From Squalus acanthias (lineage: Eukaryota), in assembly GCA_030390025.1 (NCBI GenBank), contig CM059431.1, positions 141,300,001-141,364,000 of the forward strand: a stretch of 64,000 bases of DNA, in the 5' to 3' direction. The notes below the pieces were generated by a model that was not told where the DNA came from, made no database searches, and saw only the letters and a program-made list of their open reading frames with translations. The position numbers were made by a program, and so were the translations under genes. The stretch's first letter is position 1. Every line of letters begins with the position of its first letter. Below, in pieces: positions 15,001 to 27,985 of this stretch.

Positions 15001-18000
15001 TCTCACAGACAGAACCACCCTCTCTCTCAGACCAAACTGTCCCCTCTCTCAGACTGATCCGCCCCCTCTCTCAGACCAAACCGTCCCCTCTCTCAGACTG
15101 ACCCGCCCCCTCTCTCAGACTGACCCGCCCCCTCTCTCATACTGAACCCCCTCTCTCTCAGACTGAACCACCCACTCTCTCAGACTGAACCGTCCCCTCT
15201 CTGAGACTGAACTGCCCCTCCCTCATACTGAACCGCCGCCTCTCTCAGACTGAACCGCCCCCTCTCTCAGACTGAACCGTCCGCTCTCTCAGACTGTACC
15301 GTCCCCTTTCTCAGACTGAACCGCCCCTGTCTCAGACTGAACCGCCCCTCTCTCAGACTGAACCGCCCCCTCTCCCAGACTGAACCGACCCCTCTCTGAG
15401 ACAGAACCTCCCCCTCTCTCAGACCAAACCGTCCCCTCTCTCAGACTGAACCGTCCCCTCTCTCAGACCAAACCGTCCCCTCTCTCAGACTGAACCGTCT
15501 CCTCTCTAAGACTGAACTCCCCCTCTCTCAGACTGAACCGCACACTCTCTCAGACTGAGCCGCTCCCTCTCTCAGACTGAACCGTCCCCACTCTCAGTCT
15601 GAAACCCCCTCTCTCAGACTGAACCGCCCCCTCTCTCAGACTGAACCATCCCCACTCTCAGACTGAAGCCCCCTCTCTCAGACTGAACCGTCCCCTCTCT
15701 CAGACTCAAACGCCCCCTCTCTCAGACTGAACGTTCCCCACTCTCATACTGAACCGTCCCTTCTCTCGGACTGAACCGCCCCCTCTCTCAGACTGAACCG
15801 TCCCCACTCTCAGACTGAAGCCCCCTCTCTCAGACTGAACCGTCCCCTCTCTCAGACTGAACCGCCCCCTCTCTCAGACTGAACCTTCCCCACTCTCATA
15901 CTGAACCGTCCCCTCTCTCGGACTGAACCGCCCCCTCTCTCAGACTGAAACGTCCCCTCTCTCAGACTGAACTCCCCATCTCTCAGACTGAACCGCACAC
16001 TCTCTCAGACTGAGCCGCTCCCTCTCTCAGACTGAACCGTCCCCACTCTCAGTCTGAAACCCCCTCTCTCAGACTGAACCGCCCCCTCTCTCAGACTGAA
16101 CCATCCCCACTCTCAGACTGAAGCCCCCTCTCTCAGAATGAACCATCCCCTCTCTCAGACTCAAACGCCCCCTCTCTCAGACTGAACGTTCCCCACTCTC
16201 ATACTGAACCGTCCCTTCTCTCGGACTGAACCGCCCCCTCTCTCAGACTGAACCGTCCCCACTCTCAGACTGAAGCCCCCTCTCTCAGACTGAACCGTCC
16301 CCTCTCTCAGACTGAACCGCCCCCTCTCTCAGACTGAACCTTCCCCACTCTCATACTGAACCGTCCCCTCTCTCGGACTGAACCGCCCCCTCTCTCAGAC
16401 TGAAACGTCCCCTCTCTCAGACTGAAACCCACCTCACTCAGACCAAACCGCCCCTTCTCTCAGACTAACCAGTCCCCTCTCGAACACTGAACCGTCCCCT
16501 CTCTCTGACTGAACCCCCCTCTCTCAGACTGAACCCCCCCTCTCAGACTGAACCCCCCCTCTCTCAGACTGAACGCCCCCTCTCTCAGACTGAACCGCCA
16601 CCTCTCTCAGACTGAACCATCCCTCTTTCAAAATGAACCGCCCCCTCTCTCAGACTGAACCGTCCCCTCTCTCAGACTGAACTGTCCCCTCTCTCAGACT
16701 GAACCGTCCCCTCTCTCAGAATGAACCGTCCCCTCTCTCAGACTGAACCGTCCACTCTCTCGGACTGAACCATCCCCTCTCTCAGACTGAACCGCCCCCT
16801 CTCTCAGACTGAACCGCCCCCTCTCTCAGACTGAACCGCCCCCTCTCTCAGACTGAACCGCCCCCTCTCTCAGACTGAACCGACCCCACTCTCAAATTGA
16901 ACCGCCCCCTCTCTCAGTCTGAAACCCACCTCACTCAGACCAAACCGCCCCCTCTCGCACACTGAACCGTCCCCTCTCTCAGACTGAACCCCCCTCTCTC
17001 GACTGAACCCGCCCCTCTCTCGACTGAACCCGCCCCTCTCTCAGACTGAACCGTCCCCTCTCTCAGACTGAACCGCCTTCTCTCTCAGACTGAACCGCCC
17101 CCTCTCTCAGACTGAACCGCCCACTCTCTCAGACTGATCCGCCCCCTCTCTCGGAATGAACCATCCCCTCTCTCAGACTGAACCGTCCCCTCTCTCAGAC
17201 TGAACCGCCTCCACTCTCAAATTGAACCGCCCCCTCTCTCAGTCTGAATCACCCCTCACTCAGCCCAAACCGCCCCCTCTCTCAGACTAAACAGTCCCCT
17301 CTCGCAGACTGATCCGTCCCCTCTCTCAGACTGAAACGCCCCCTCTCTCAGACTGAACCGTCCCCTCTCTCAGACTGAGCCGTCCCCTCTCTCAGACTGA
17401 ACCTTCACCTCTATCAGACTGAACCACTCCCTCTCTGAGACAGAACCGCCCCCTCTCTCAGACTGAACCACCCCCTCTCTCAGACTGAACCGTCCCTCTC
17501 TCAGGCTGAACCGTCCCCTTTCTCAGACTGAACCGCCCCCTCTCTCAGACTGAACCGGCCCCTCTCTCAGACTGAACCGCTCCCTCTCTCAGACTGAACC
17601 GCCCCCTCTCTCAGACTGAACCGTCCCCTCTCTCAGACTGAACGCCCCCTCTCTCAGACTGAACCGCCCCCTCTCTCAGACAGAACCGCCACCTCTCTCA
17701 GACTGAACCGTCCCCTCTCTCAGACTGAACCGCCCCTCTCTCAGGCTGAACCGTCCCCTCTCTCAGACTGAACCGTCCCCACACTCAAATTGAACCGTCC
17801 CCTCTCTCAGACTGAACCGTCCCCTCTCTCAGACTGAACCGTCCCTCTCTCAGACTGAACCGTCCCCTCTCTCAGACTGAACCCCCCCCTCTCTCAGACT
17901 GAACCGCCCCCTCTCTCAGGCTGAACCGCCTTCTCTCTCAGACTGAACCGTCTCCTCTCTCAGACTGAACCGCTCACTCTCTCAGACTGAACCGTCCCCT

Positions 18001-18180
18001 CTCACAGACTGAACCGCCCCCTCTCTCAGACTGAACCATCCTCTTTCTCAGACAGAACCCTCCCTCTCTCTGGATGAACCGTCCCTCTCTCAGACTGAAC
18101 CGTCCCCTCTCTCAGACTGAACTGCCCGCACTCTGAGACTGAACCGCCCCTCTCTCAGACTGAACCGCCCCCTCTCGCAG
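1..18180. repeat. Satellite array of a 22-bp unit (CTCAGACTGAACCGTCCCCTCT; 21-bp variants) with higher-order repeat structure; runs off the left edge
   Basis: Unit read directly (starts at 541 and 563 give period 22). Rare variant CACCTAGC recurs at 281, 1938, 4954, 6102, 6788, 8457, 9300, 12541, 13884. The array ends abruptly against a CR1 fragment. Confidence 0.98.
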
Positions 18181-18502
18181 AATTAAACTATTTCAACTGG
18201 TGGGGTGTCGAGAACAAAGTTGCATAATCTTCAAATCAGAGCGAGGCCGTTCAGTGGTGATGTCTGAAAGCATTTCTTCACACAAAGGGTAGTGGATGTC
18301 TGGAACTCTCTCCTTCAAAAAGCTGTTGCGTCTAATCGAAAATTTAAAGTCTGAGTTTGGTAGATTTTTCTACATCAAACGTATTAAGGGTTATGGAACT
18401 AAGGCGGGTAAATGGAGTTCCGACATAGATCAGCCATTATCTAATTGAATTGCTAAACAGGATCAAAGGGCTGAGTAGCCCTATACTCCTTCCTATGTTC
18501 CC
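18181..18502 (+). mobile_element. CR1-type LINE 3' fragment
   Basis: Degenerate ORF2 C-terminal region (TTCTTCACACAAAGGGTAGTGGATGTCTGGAACTCTCT) plus 3' UTR ending CCTATGTTCC; same subfamily as 58390-58775. Confidence 0.85.
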
Positions 18503-18842
18503 AACTTCTTTCCTCTGATCCTTTCTTCCTCACAATTAGCTTGCATGGCACATCGTTTTGCTAGCATTGTTAGGGTTCCCTGTCAGTATTAAGCTTAAAA
18601 CACCAGGGGCTGGGGACCCGCAGCGAATACCGATCGATAGTTTTGACTTTCAATTCCAGGTGTGTGTCAGTTCTAAATTGTTCAGAATTCATTACTACTC
18701 CTGGTATGACTTTGGGTGATAGTGTAAAATAGGAAATAGCTAATCATTCGCAGATTTTATATCGTTTTTCTTTGTTCTGATGTCATTGGGAGCTGTGTAA
18801 ACCCGGCTGGCGACTCACTATTACCTGCTTTACTGTAGTGTC

Positions 18843-19095
18843 CGCCGTGGTTCAGTTGGTGGCACTCTCGTCTATGAGTCAGAACATTGTGGGTTGAAGG
18901 CCTACTCTAGAGACTTGAACAAAGAGATAAGCCTCCCGTTGCAGTACTGAGCAGAGGATTTGTCCTGATCAATATTTGTCCCTAAACCAACATCATTAAA
19001 AACAGATTATCTGGTTGTTTGTGGGACCTAGCTGTGGGCATATTAGCTGCAGCGTTTCCTACATTACAGCAGCGACTACACTTGGAAGGTACTTA
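18843..19095 (+). mobile_element. tRNA-headed Deu-domain SINE (SacSINE1-like), internally deleted
   Basis: A-box-like TGGTTCAGTTGG head and body shared with the other SINE copies in the window (27522-27985 etc.). Confidence 0.75.
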
Positions 19096-19107
19096 GATAC
19101 ATGTTAG

Positions 19108-20410
19108 ATTCATAAAAAAGAGGCAATTCGGCCCATCGTGCTTTGCCAGCACTCTGCAACAGCTATCCAATTAGTCCCACTCCCTGCTCATTCCCCACAG
19201 CGCTGCAAATTGTTCTATTTCAAGTATTGATCCAATTCCCGTTTGAAAGATGTTATTGAAACTGCTTCCACCACACTTTCAGGCTATGCATTTCAGATCA
19301 TAACAACTCGCTGCGTAAAACATGTTTCATCATGTTGCCTCTGCTTCTTTTGTAAATAGTGGCATTTAAATCTGTCTCCTCTGGTTACCGACCTTGCTGC
19401 CACTGGAAAAAGTTTCTCCTTAATTACTCTATCAAAATCCTTCCTAATTTTGAACTCCTCTATCAAATCTTCCTTTAACCAGCTCTGCTCCAAGGCGAAC
19501 AATCCCAGTTTCTCTAGGCTTTCCACGTAACTGAAATATCTCACTCCTGGTGCCATTCTATTAAATCTCATAGAATCATAGAATCTTACTCTACAGGTCA
19601 TTTACCTCGTCATGCCCGTGCTGGATTTTTGAAATAACTGTCCAATTTAGGTCCACATCCCAGATTTTTCCATATAATCCTGCCAATTATTTCTCTTGAA
19701 ATACAGGTACAACTGACTTTGAAAGTTCCTATGGATTCTGATTCAACCATCCTATCAGATTGTGCGTTCCAGATTATGAAAAGCCGAGTGGCAAACAAAG
19801 TCTCATAATCTCCCCTCTCGTTTTTTTTCCAATTATTTTAAATCTATGACCTCTGGTTACCGACCCAATTACCAGAGGAAACAGTTTCTCCGTTCATGCT
19901 CTATCAAAAGCCCGTATAATTATGAATAAATCTATTAGATCTCCCCTTAACCTTCACGGCTCTAAGGAGAACACTCTCAGCTTCTCCGATGCCTCCACAT
20001 AACTGAAGTCCCTCATTCCCAGTATCATCTTTGCAAAACTCCTCTGAACCCTCTCCAAGGCCTTTACATCATTCCTAAAGTGTGGTGCCCAGAATTGTAC
20101 ACATTACTGCAATAAGGCCTAACCAGTGCTTTGTAAAGGGCTAGCATGACTTACTTGCTTTTCCTGTCAATGCCCCTATTTACAAAGTCTAGGATCCCAT
20201 ATGCTTATTAACTGCCTTATCAACTTGCCCTACGAACTTCAAGAATTTGTGCTTTGTACCCCAGATATCTCTGCTCTTGCACCCCTTCACAAATAGTACC
20301 TGTTAGATTATATTGCCTCTCCATGTTGTTTCCCCCAAAGTGTGTCACATCACACTTATCCCCATTAAATTGAATTTTCCATGTGCCTGCCCATTGCAAC
20401 TCAGTCAATT
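19108..20410 (-). mobile_element. Two adjacent 5'-truncated CR1 LINE 3' fragments (about 19108-19567 and 19568-20410)
   Basis: Minus-strand ORF pieces LEKLGLFALEQ..LKEDLIE and KCDVTHFG; CATAGAATCATAGAAT tail at about 19569. Confidence 0.85.
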
Positions 20411-23040
20411 ATTGTGCCTCCAGAAGAGCTCCTTCGTTGTCACTAATTAGTCTCAGCATTCCTTTAACGGTCATTTTACTTTACATATGTTTATAAAATA
20501 TTGTTTTCCCTTTTACGTTACCCGCTAATCTCGTCGCATACTCTCTCTTTGCCCTTCAGATATCCTATTTCAATTTCCCCCCTGCACTCTCAGTATTCTG
20601 TGTGGTTTTCGACAGTAATCTGGACCTGAAATTTGTCATAAAACTCCTGTTCTGTTTTAAATAAACCTCCATTTACTTTGTCCTCCAGGCAACTCTAGCT
20701 TTGGATAGCCCATCTGTCCTCCTTATGGGAATATATTTGGTTTGTACATGAAATATGTCTGCATTGAAGGACAGCAATTGCTCATTTACTGTAATCCTGA
20801 CCAATCATTTTTTACAGTCTACCTGTGCTCGATACCTTCTCAAATAATTGCAATTAGCTCTCTTTATGTTGGGTATCTTCACGATTGATTGTCCGTTGTC
20901 CATTTCCATAATTATTAAAAATCTAATTATATTATGATCACTATTATCTAGAAGTTATCTCACTGCAATGCATTACAATTGTCTTACTTAATTCATCAGA
21001 ACTAGTTCCAGCACTGCTTCCTTCCTCATTAGACTAGAAACATAAAAGTTAAAGTAGTTCTCCTGTACACATTTTAGGAATTCTTCACCCTCCTTACCCA
21101 CTACTCTGTTTCCCCCAGTCTATATTGGGGTAATTGAAGTCGCCTACTATAACTGCTCTATTATGTTTAACTTTCTTTGAAATGTGATTACATATTTATT
21201 CCTCTAACTCCTTCTCACTGTTTGGGGGTCTGCAATAATCACCCAGCAAGGTAACAAGTCCGTCTGTCAATTTTTTGCCTACTCACTTAACCTATCTATA
21301 TCCCTTTGCACTCTTTGTGTCCTCCTGACAACTTGCTTTCCCACCCATCTTTGTATCGTCAACAAATTTGGCGACAATACAGTCGGTCCCTTCGTTGAGG
21401 CCCCAGCACTGTTCCCTGTGGCACCCCACTAGTTACAGTTTCCCAAACTGAAAATGACCCATTTGTACCGACGCTCTGTTTTCTGTTAGCTAGCCAATCC
21501 TCTATCCATGCTAATATATTACCCGAACACTATGAACTCTTATCTTGTGCAGTAAACTTTGATGTGGCAGCTTAACGAATGCCTTCTCGGTAATCCAAAT
21601 ACACTACATTTACTGGTTCCCCTTTATCCACCCTGTTCGTTACATCCTCAAAGAACTCGAATACATTTTTCAAACACGATTTCCCTTTCATGTTGACTCT
21701 GCTTGATTGTATTATGATTTTCTAAATGTCTTGCTACTACTTCCTTATTAATGGATTCCAGCATTTTCCCACTGGCAGAAGTTAGGCTAACTGGGCTGTA
21801 GTATTCTGCTTTCAGTCTCCATCCTTTCTTGAATATGGCCCTTACATTTGCGGTTTTCCAATCCGCTGGGAGCTTTCCAGAGCCTAGGGAATTTTGAAGA
21901 TTACAACCAATGCAACCACTATATCTGCAGCCAATGTGGGAAAATATGAGGTTATCGACTTTCGTAGGAAGAATAGTGAAGCAAAATATTATTTAAAAGG
22001 AGAGAGACTACAAAATCTTGCGGTACAGAGGGATCTGGTGTCCTCGTACATGAAACACAAAATGTTAGCATGCAGGTACAGCAACTAATTAGGAAGGCAA
22101 ATGGAATGTTGGCCTTTTTTGCAAGGGGGATGGAGTATAAAAGTAGGGAAGTCTTGCTACAACTATACAGGGCGTTGGTGAGACCTCACCTTGAGTACTG
22201 CGTACAGTTTTGGTTTCATTATTTAAGGAGGGATATACTTAAATTGGAAGCAGTTCAGAGAAGGTTCACTCGGTTGATTCATAGGATGAAGGGGTTGTCT
22301 TATGAGGAAAGGTTGAGCAGGTTGGGCCTCTACTCATTGGAGTTCAGAAGAATGAGAGGTGATCTTATTGAAACATATAAGATTCTGAGGGGGCTTGAAA
22401 GGGTAGATGCTGAGAGGATGTTTCCCGACGTGGGGGAATCTAGAACTAGGGGTCATACATTCAGAGTTAGGGATCGACCATTTAAGACGGAGATGAGGAG
22501 GAATTTCTTCTCTCAGAGGGTCGTGAATCTTTGGAATTCACTACCCCAGAGAGCTGTGGAGGCGGAGTCATTGAATATATTCAAGGCTGAGATAGACAGA
22601 TTTTTGAACCACAGGAGAGTTAAGAGTAATGGGGTACAGGCAGAAAAGTGGAGTTGAGGCCAAGATCAGATCAGCCATGATATTATTGAATGGCGCAGCT
22701 GGCTCGAGTGACTGAATGGCCTATTCATGCTCCTTTTTTATATTCTTATGTTCTTATGTCCTTTTCTGTTCCTTAACTCTTAGCCAATTGATTCAGTCTT
22801 TGATCCCTCTACTATATCCTCCCTCTGTGGAAATGTAATATTATCCTTGCCACACCCGTCTGTCTTTTTCCTTCCCTGTCCCTCCTTAATACATTGGAGC
22901 CAGGAATGTTTCGTACCCGTTCCTGCTCATGTTTAAGCCAGTTTCTCCGTTGTAGACATTACCTCATAACCCCATGTGTTAACTTGCGCCTGTAACTGGT
23001 CAACCTTATCTGTTACACTGCTCACATTAAAACACATGCA
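20411..23040 (-). mobile_element. Old degenerate CR1 endonuclease-region fragment, interrupted at 21261-22758 by a younger CR1
   Basis: Degenerate similarity to the EN region of the long CR1 at 52600-53300; sequence reads continuously across the insertion (…GGTAACAAGTC|CTTTTCTGTTCCTTAAC…). Confidence 0.6.
21261..22758 (+). mobile_element. CR1 LINE with 5' inversion: 21261-21932 inverted, 21933-22758 forward 3' part
   Basis: The minus piece ends at a degenerate KNWQM and the plus piece begins NVGK(C)EVI(H)F; these are adjacent in CR1 ORF2 (compare WQMKYNVDKCEVIHFG in ORF 36987-38483). ORF 22070-22657 is the ORF2 C-terminus; TTCTTATG tail. Confidence 0.85.
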
Positions 23041-23702
23041 TTTCAACATCATGCAAGTCTGCTTCGCTTTTTCCTCCATCTATATCATGCTCTGCCTACG
23101 CTATTCGTTTCTACTCTTCATTGGCTATAAAGTGTTTTGAGACATCTTGAGCTCTCAATGTTGCGATATAATTGCACGTCTGTCTTTTTCTTTTTGCATT
23201 ATCGCAACAAGTCCACATCTATCCCAGAGGAGCTGATTTTAACTTCGGCCAGTGATATTAAATGGGCAATATGGAATTATAAAGAGAACGAAAGGAAAGT
23301 CTTGTGAGGTTTAGAACAGGCATCTAATCGGAAACGGGGTGCTCTAACTTAAGATCACCCCCACTGATGGCTAGTAATTCTAAATCCTCCCTTTTTTAGT
23401 TTAATTGTTCAGAACTGCAGGTGCAAACTCAAGACTGGTGTGGGGGAAGAGGGGAGAAAACATGCTGTTAAACGACATTTAAAGGGGCAGGGACAATTAA
23501 AGGGTAGTCACAACAACAACAAAAAATCGCAAAGTGCTTTCGGGGGCAAGGGGAATCGAAAGGGAATCGTTGCAAGCGTGCGTCTGTTTGGGCTGTTCTG
23601 AAATACTGGTGTTAGCCGAGAGGACATTTGCCCTATGTGCCAACTTCAGCGCATTATTCCCGTGGGTTCAGCTGTGTAAGGAGACGGAGCCAAGTTTCAG
23701 AC

Positions 23703-24180
23703 CATAAAATCATAGAATCATACAGCACAGAAGGAAGAGCTGTTCAATTCGTCCCACTCCCCTACTCTTTCCCTATAGCCCGCGATTTCTCTCCCGTCTA
23801 CTTTTTATCCAATTCCCTTTTGAAAGTTACTATTGAAAGTGCATTCCAGATCATAACAATTCGTTGCATGACAAAAAACTCATCTCGCCACTTTTGCCAT
23901 TTATCTTAAACCAGTGTCCGCTGGTACCGACCTTTCGGCCGTTGGAAACAGTTCCTCCTTATTTACTCTATCAGAACTGCTCATAAGTTTGAACACCTCT
24001 GTTATGTCTCCCCTTAATCTTCTCTGATCTAAGGAGAACAATCCCGGCTGTTCTAGTCTCTCCGTGAATATAAAGACATTCATTCCTGCGACCATTCTAG
24101 TCATTCTCTTCTTCGCCCTCTCTAAAGCATTGACATGCCACTAAAGTGTGCTGCCCAGAATTGGAAACAATACTCCATTC
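23703..24180 (-). mobile_element. CR1 LINE 3' fragment
   Basis: ERLEQPGLFSLDQRRLRGDITEVFK on the minus strand; CATAGAAT tail. Confidence 0.85.
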
Positions 24181-24654
24181 TAAAATGTCTTTCAAAAGTA
24201 AATTACGGAATAATAGTTGGCCATTTTTAGCTCTTCCCAAAGTTTCCTAACTGAAATTTGCTGCAACGGCAGTGATATATATATTAACCGGCACGCCAAC
24301 AGGACACCGGTACAGGAACGATAGACCGAATTACCTCCCGCTGCGCTGCAAGATCCCATCATTCTGTCAACTTGGGAGCGTATATTCGGCAAGGAAAGTT
24401 ATTTTTTTCAAAAACCGGAGCGTCCATATCAGGCTTACAACTCCCAGAATCACACCCAGTCATTTAATTAAAAACAAATTCTTACCTAAATCCGGAGAAG
24501 CAAACCTCCTCAGCTGGCGGGAAGGGGTAAAGTATTTTAAAGCTTGCCCAGCGCATGGAACAATCTGCCTGTGGGTGGAGTAACAAGTTGCACAGTCACA
24601 GTCATTTAGAAACTAAGTCTATGCAATTCTTTGAGCTGACTGAAGGATAGAAAA

Positions 24655-26672
24655 GTGTTACAACTCTGTTAAAAAAAGCAGGGGAGAGGAATAAACCCGG
24701 CTAGTAGAGACCAGTCAGTCTAATGTCGGTGGTGGGGAAACTTTGAGAGAGAATAATCCCGGACTAAATTAATTCACATGTGCGAAACTATGGGCTAATA
24801 AATGAAAGTCAGCAAGGATTTGTTAAAGGCAAATCGTGTTTGTCTAACCTGATCGATTTCTTTGATGAATTAGCGGAGAGGGTTGATGAGGGTAGTACGG
24901 TTGATGTTGTGTATGGGGACTTTCAAAAGGCGTTTGACAAAGTAACACATAATAGTCTGGTAAACAAAATTAAAGCCCATGGGACTAAAGGGACATAAGA
25001 ACATAAGAAGATAAGAAGTAAGAAAAGGAGTAGGCCATACGGCCCCTCGTGCCATTGAATAAGATCATGGCTGATCATCAACCTCAACTCCACTTTCCCG
25101 CCCGATCTCCATATCCCTTGATTCCCCTAGATTCCATATATCTATCTATCTCAGCCTTGAATATACTCAGAGACTCAGCATTCAGAGCCCTCTGGGGCAC
25201 AGAATTCCAAAGATCCACAACCCACTGAGTGAAGAAATTTCTCCTCATCTCAGTCTTAAATGTCCTACCCCTTATACTGAGACTATGCCCCCTAGTTCTA
25301 GACTCTCCAGCCACGGGAAACAACCTCACAGCTTCTACCCTGTCAATCCCCTTCAGAATCTTGTATGTTTCATTGAGATCACCTCTCATTCTTCTGAATT
25401 CCAGAGAGTATAGGCCCATTCTACACAATCTCTCATCATAGGACTGCCCTCTCATCCAGGGAATCAATCTAGTGAACCTTCGTTGCACCGCCTCCAAGTC
25501 AAGTATATCCTTCCTTAGATAAGGAGACCAAAACTGTGCACAGTACTCCAGGTGTGGTCTCACCAAGGCCCAGTACAATTGTAGCAAGACTTCCTTGTGG
25601 CAGCATGGATACGAATTTACCTAAGCGGCAGAAGGCAGAGAGTAGCGGTGAACAGTTGTTTTTCTGACTGGAAGGAGGTACACATCGGTGTTCCTCAGGG
25701 GCTCGTGTTATTTGGGACCACTGCTCTTTCTGGTCTATATTAATGAAATGAACTTGGGTACATAGGACATAATTCAATGTTTTCAGATGGCAGGAAACTC
25801 GGAAATGCAATAAAAAATTAGTTGGATAGCAATATACTTCAGGAGGACATTGACAGACTGGTAAAATGGGCAGATGCATTGAAGATGATATTTAGCACAG
25901 TAAAGTGTGAAGTCATACATTTTGGTGGTGAGAATGAGGAGAGACAATATAAACTAAATGGTATAATTTAAAGGGGGTGTAGGTACACACATCTTTGAAT
26001 GTGACAGGACAAGTTGAGAAGGCTGTTAAACAGCATATGGGATAATTGGATTTATTAACAGAGCCATAGAATACAAAACAAGGAGGTTGTGCAAAACATT
26101 TATTACACACTGTTTAGGCCTAAGCTGGAGTATTTTTTTCAACTCTGGGCACCACACCTTAGGACGGATGCCAATCTCTTAGAAATGTTGCAGAAGAAAT
26201 TAACTGGAATGGAACCAGTGATCAGGGACTTCAGTTATGTGGAGAGACTGGAGAAGCTGGGGTTGTTCTCCTTCGAGCAGAGAAGTTTCAGTGGAGAATT
26301 TATGGAAATGCTCAAAATGATGAAGGGTTTTGATAGAGTAATTAAAGAAAAACGGTTTCCACTGGAAGAGTAGTCGGTAACCAGAGGACACAGATTAAAG
26401 GTGATTGGTAAAAGAACCAGAGGCGACTTGAGGATTTTTTTTTATGCAGCGAGTTGTTATGATCACCAATGTAATGCCTGAAAGTGTGGGTGAAGCAGAT
26501 ACAATTTACTTTCAAAAGGGAATTGGATAAATAATTGAATGGAAAATTTGCACGGCTATTGGGAAAGGGCAGGACCGTGTAACGATTTGAAAAGCTCTTT
26601 CAAGAGCTGGCACAGGCTCGAGGCGCCGAATGCACTTCTTCTGTGTTCTATCATTCTATGATTCTATGGATT
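24655..26672 (+). mobile_element. CR1 LINE RT/3' region (pieces 24655-24995 and 25596-26672) split by a nested CR1
   Basis: SQQGFVKGKSCLSNLIDFF, DFQKAFDKV, RPKLEY, ERLEKLGLFS motifs; host resumes GGGACA|…|TGTGGCAGCATGGAT. Confidence 0.88.
24996..25595 (-). mobile_element. Younger 5'-truncated CR1 inserted antisense into an older CR1
   Basis: Uninterrupted 167-aa ORF2 C-terminus (LVRPHLEYCAQFWSPYLRKD…NFFTQ); TAAGAACA tail repeats at 24996. Confidence 0.92.
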
Positions 26673-26714
26673 GCAATGATGAACTTTGAGTTGAATTATG
26701 GCTCGACAGCACAG

Positions 26715-27082
26715 AAGGAAACACGGCCGCTAATTTTCGCACAGCAAGTTCTCACAATCAGCAATGAGATAAATGACCAAATCATCTGTTTAAGTGATGC
26801 TGGTTTAGCGTTAAATATCGGCCAGGACTCCAGTTGAGGGAGAACATTTCTGCTCTTCTTTGAGAAGGTGCGGTGCATCTTTTATGTCCAAACGGGGAGG
26901 GCAGTTGTGGTCATTGGTTTAACACTTCATCCGAAATAAGGCACCTACCCACAGCACAGCACAGCACTCCCTCATTGCTGCACTGGATGTGTCAATCTAC
27001 ATTTCGTGCTCAAATCCCTGCAGTGAACCCAAGACCCTCTGACTCAGAGGCGAGAGTGCTACCAACTGAACCATTGCTGACA
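26715..27082 (-). mobile_element. Deu-domain tRNA-SINE
   Basis: Reverse complement of the SINE head (CTCTGACTCAGAGGCGAGAGTGCTACCAACTGAACCA) and body. Confidence 0.8.
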
Positions 27083-27521
27083 GGTAAATTGTTTGAGTGG
27101 AATTTCGAAGAATTGTTACCTAAATTGGTCGAAGGATTTACCTCTTGTGCTTTTTTTTATTGCTACTTCCAGGAGCTTGTGTGTCTGGTGGGTGGATGGT
27201 GGAGGTCCTTTGTAGAAGTTACACCATTAGTGCATGAGGAAAGCTCGATAGATCCTTTAGTCTTTTCCTGGCCTTCAGTATCACAAGTTTGTATGTCAAC
27301 AATGTAGTTTATCATCCCGCATTGAGGTTTTCAGATCTTACTGTGTGAATAAAACAATTTCAGTTCCTACGTTGTACAGCCAGCGAACAACTTATGTTGC
27401 TTGTTAAGTCTTCCAAGTGACCTAACTGGATGGAGTCAGTAATTGTCCTTTTTCTGAATAATTTTACTGATTTTATTGATTAGACATACAATCAATACAT
27501 AATCTTTCATGGCTCATGTGT

Positions 27522-27985
27522 CAGACGTGGCTGAGTGGGTACCATTATCGCTTCTGTGTCAGAAGGCTGTGGGTTTATCCCTCACTCGAGAGACTGAGCG
27601 AAAAATGTAGGCCAACACTCCCAGTGCAATATTGAGGTTGCGCTGCTGCATTGTCAAATGTGCTGTCTTTATGATAAGACGTTAAACCGAGGGCCCTGTT
27701 TGCCCTCTTCTTAGAAGATCAAATGACATTATTTTCCAGGAGCAAATGAATTCTCCCCAGTGTCTTGGCCAATATTTACCCCTCAACCAACATCAATAAA
27801 CAGATTATCTGTTAATTGTCACAATGCTTTAATGAGAGCTTTCTGCTCGCAATTTGGCTGCTGCATTTCCTGCATTACAACAGTGACTACATTGCAAAAA
27901 GTAATTAATTGGCTGTACAGTGTTTTGGGACGTCCTGAGGTCTTGAAAGTAACCATATAAATGCAAGCCTTTCTTTCTTTTTATT
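27522..27985 (+). mobile_element. Near full-length Deu-domain tRNA-SINE (SacSINE1-like)
   Basis: Head GTGGCTGAGTGG…; core GACGTTAAACCGAGGGCCCTG…; tail ATATAAATGCAAGCCTTTCTTTC. Confidence 0.85.

Noticed and set aside
1..18180. CRISPR array, telomeric repeat, or coding ORFs (4116-4373, 8205-8459) in the satellite
   Set aside because: No unique spacers, no cas genes and a vertebrate context; no TTAGGG array; the ORFs are chance stop-free runs of the repeat.
26873..27307. 144-aa ORF as a gene
   Set aside because: Non-ATG start, and the first half is antisense SINE sequence.
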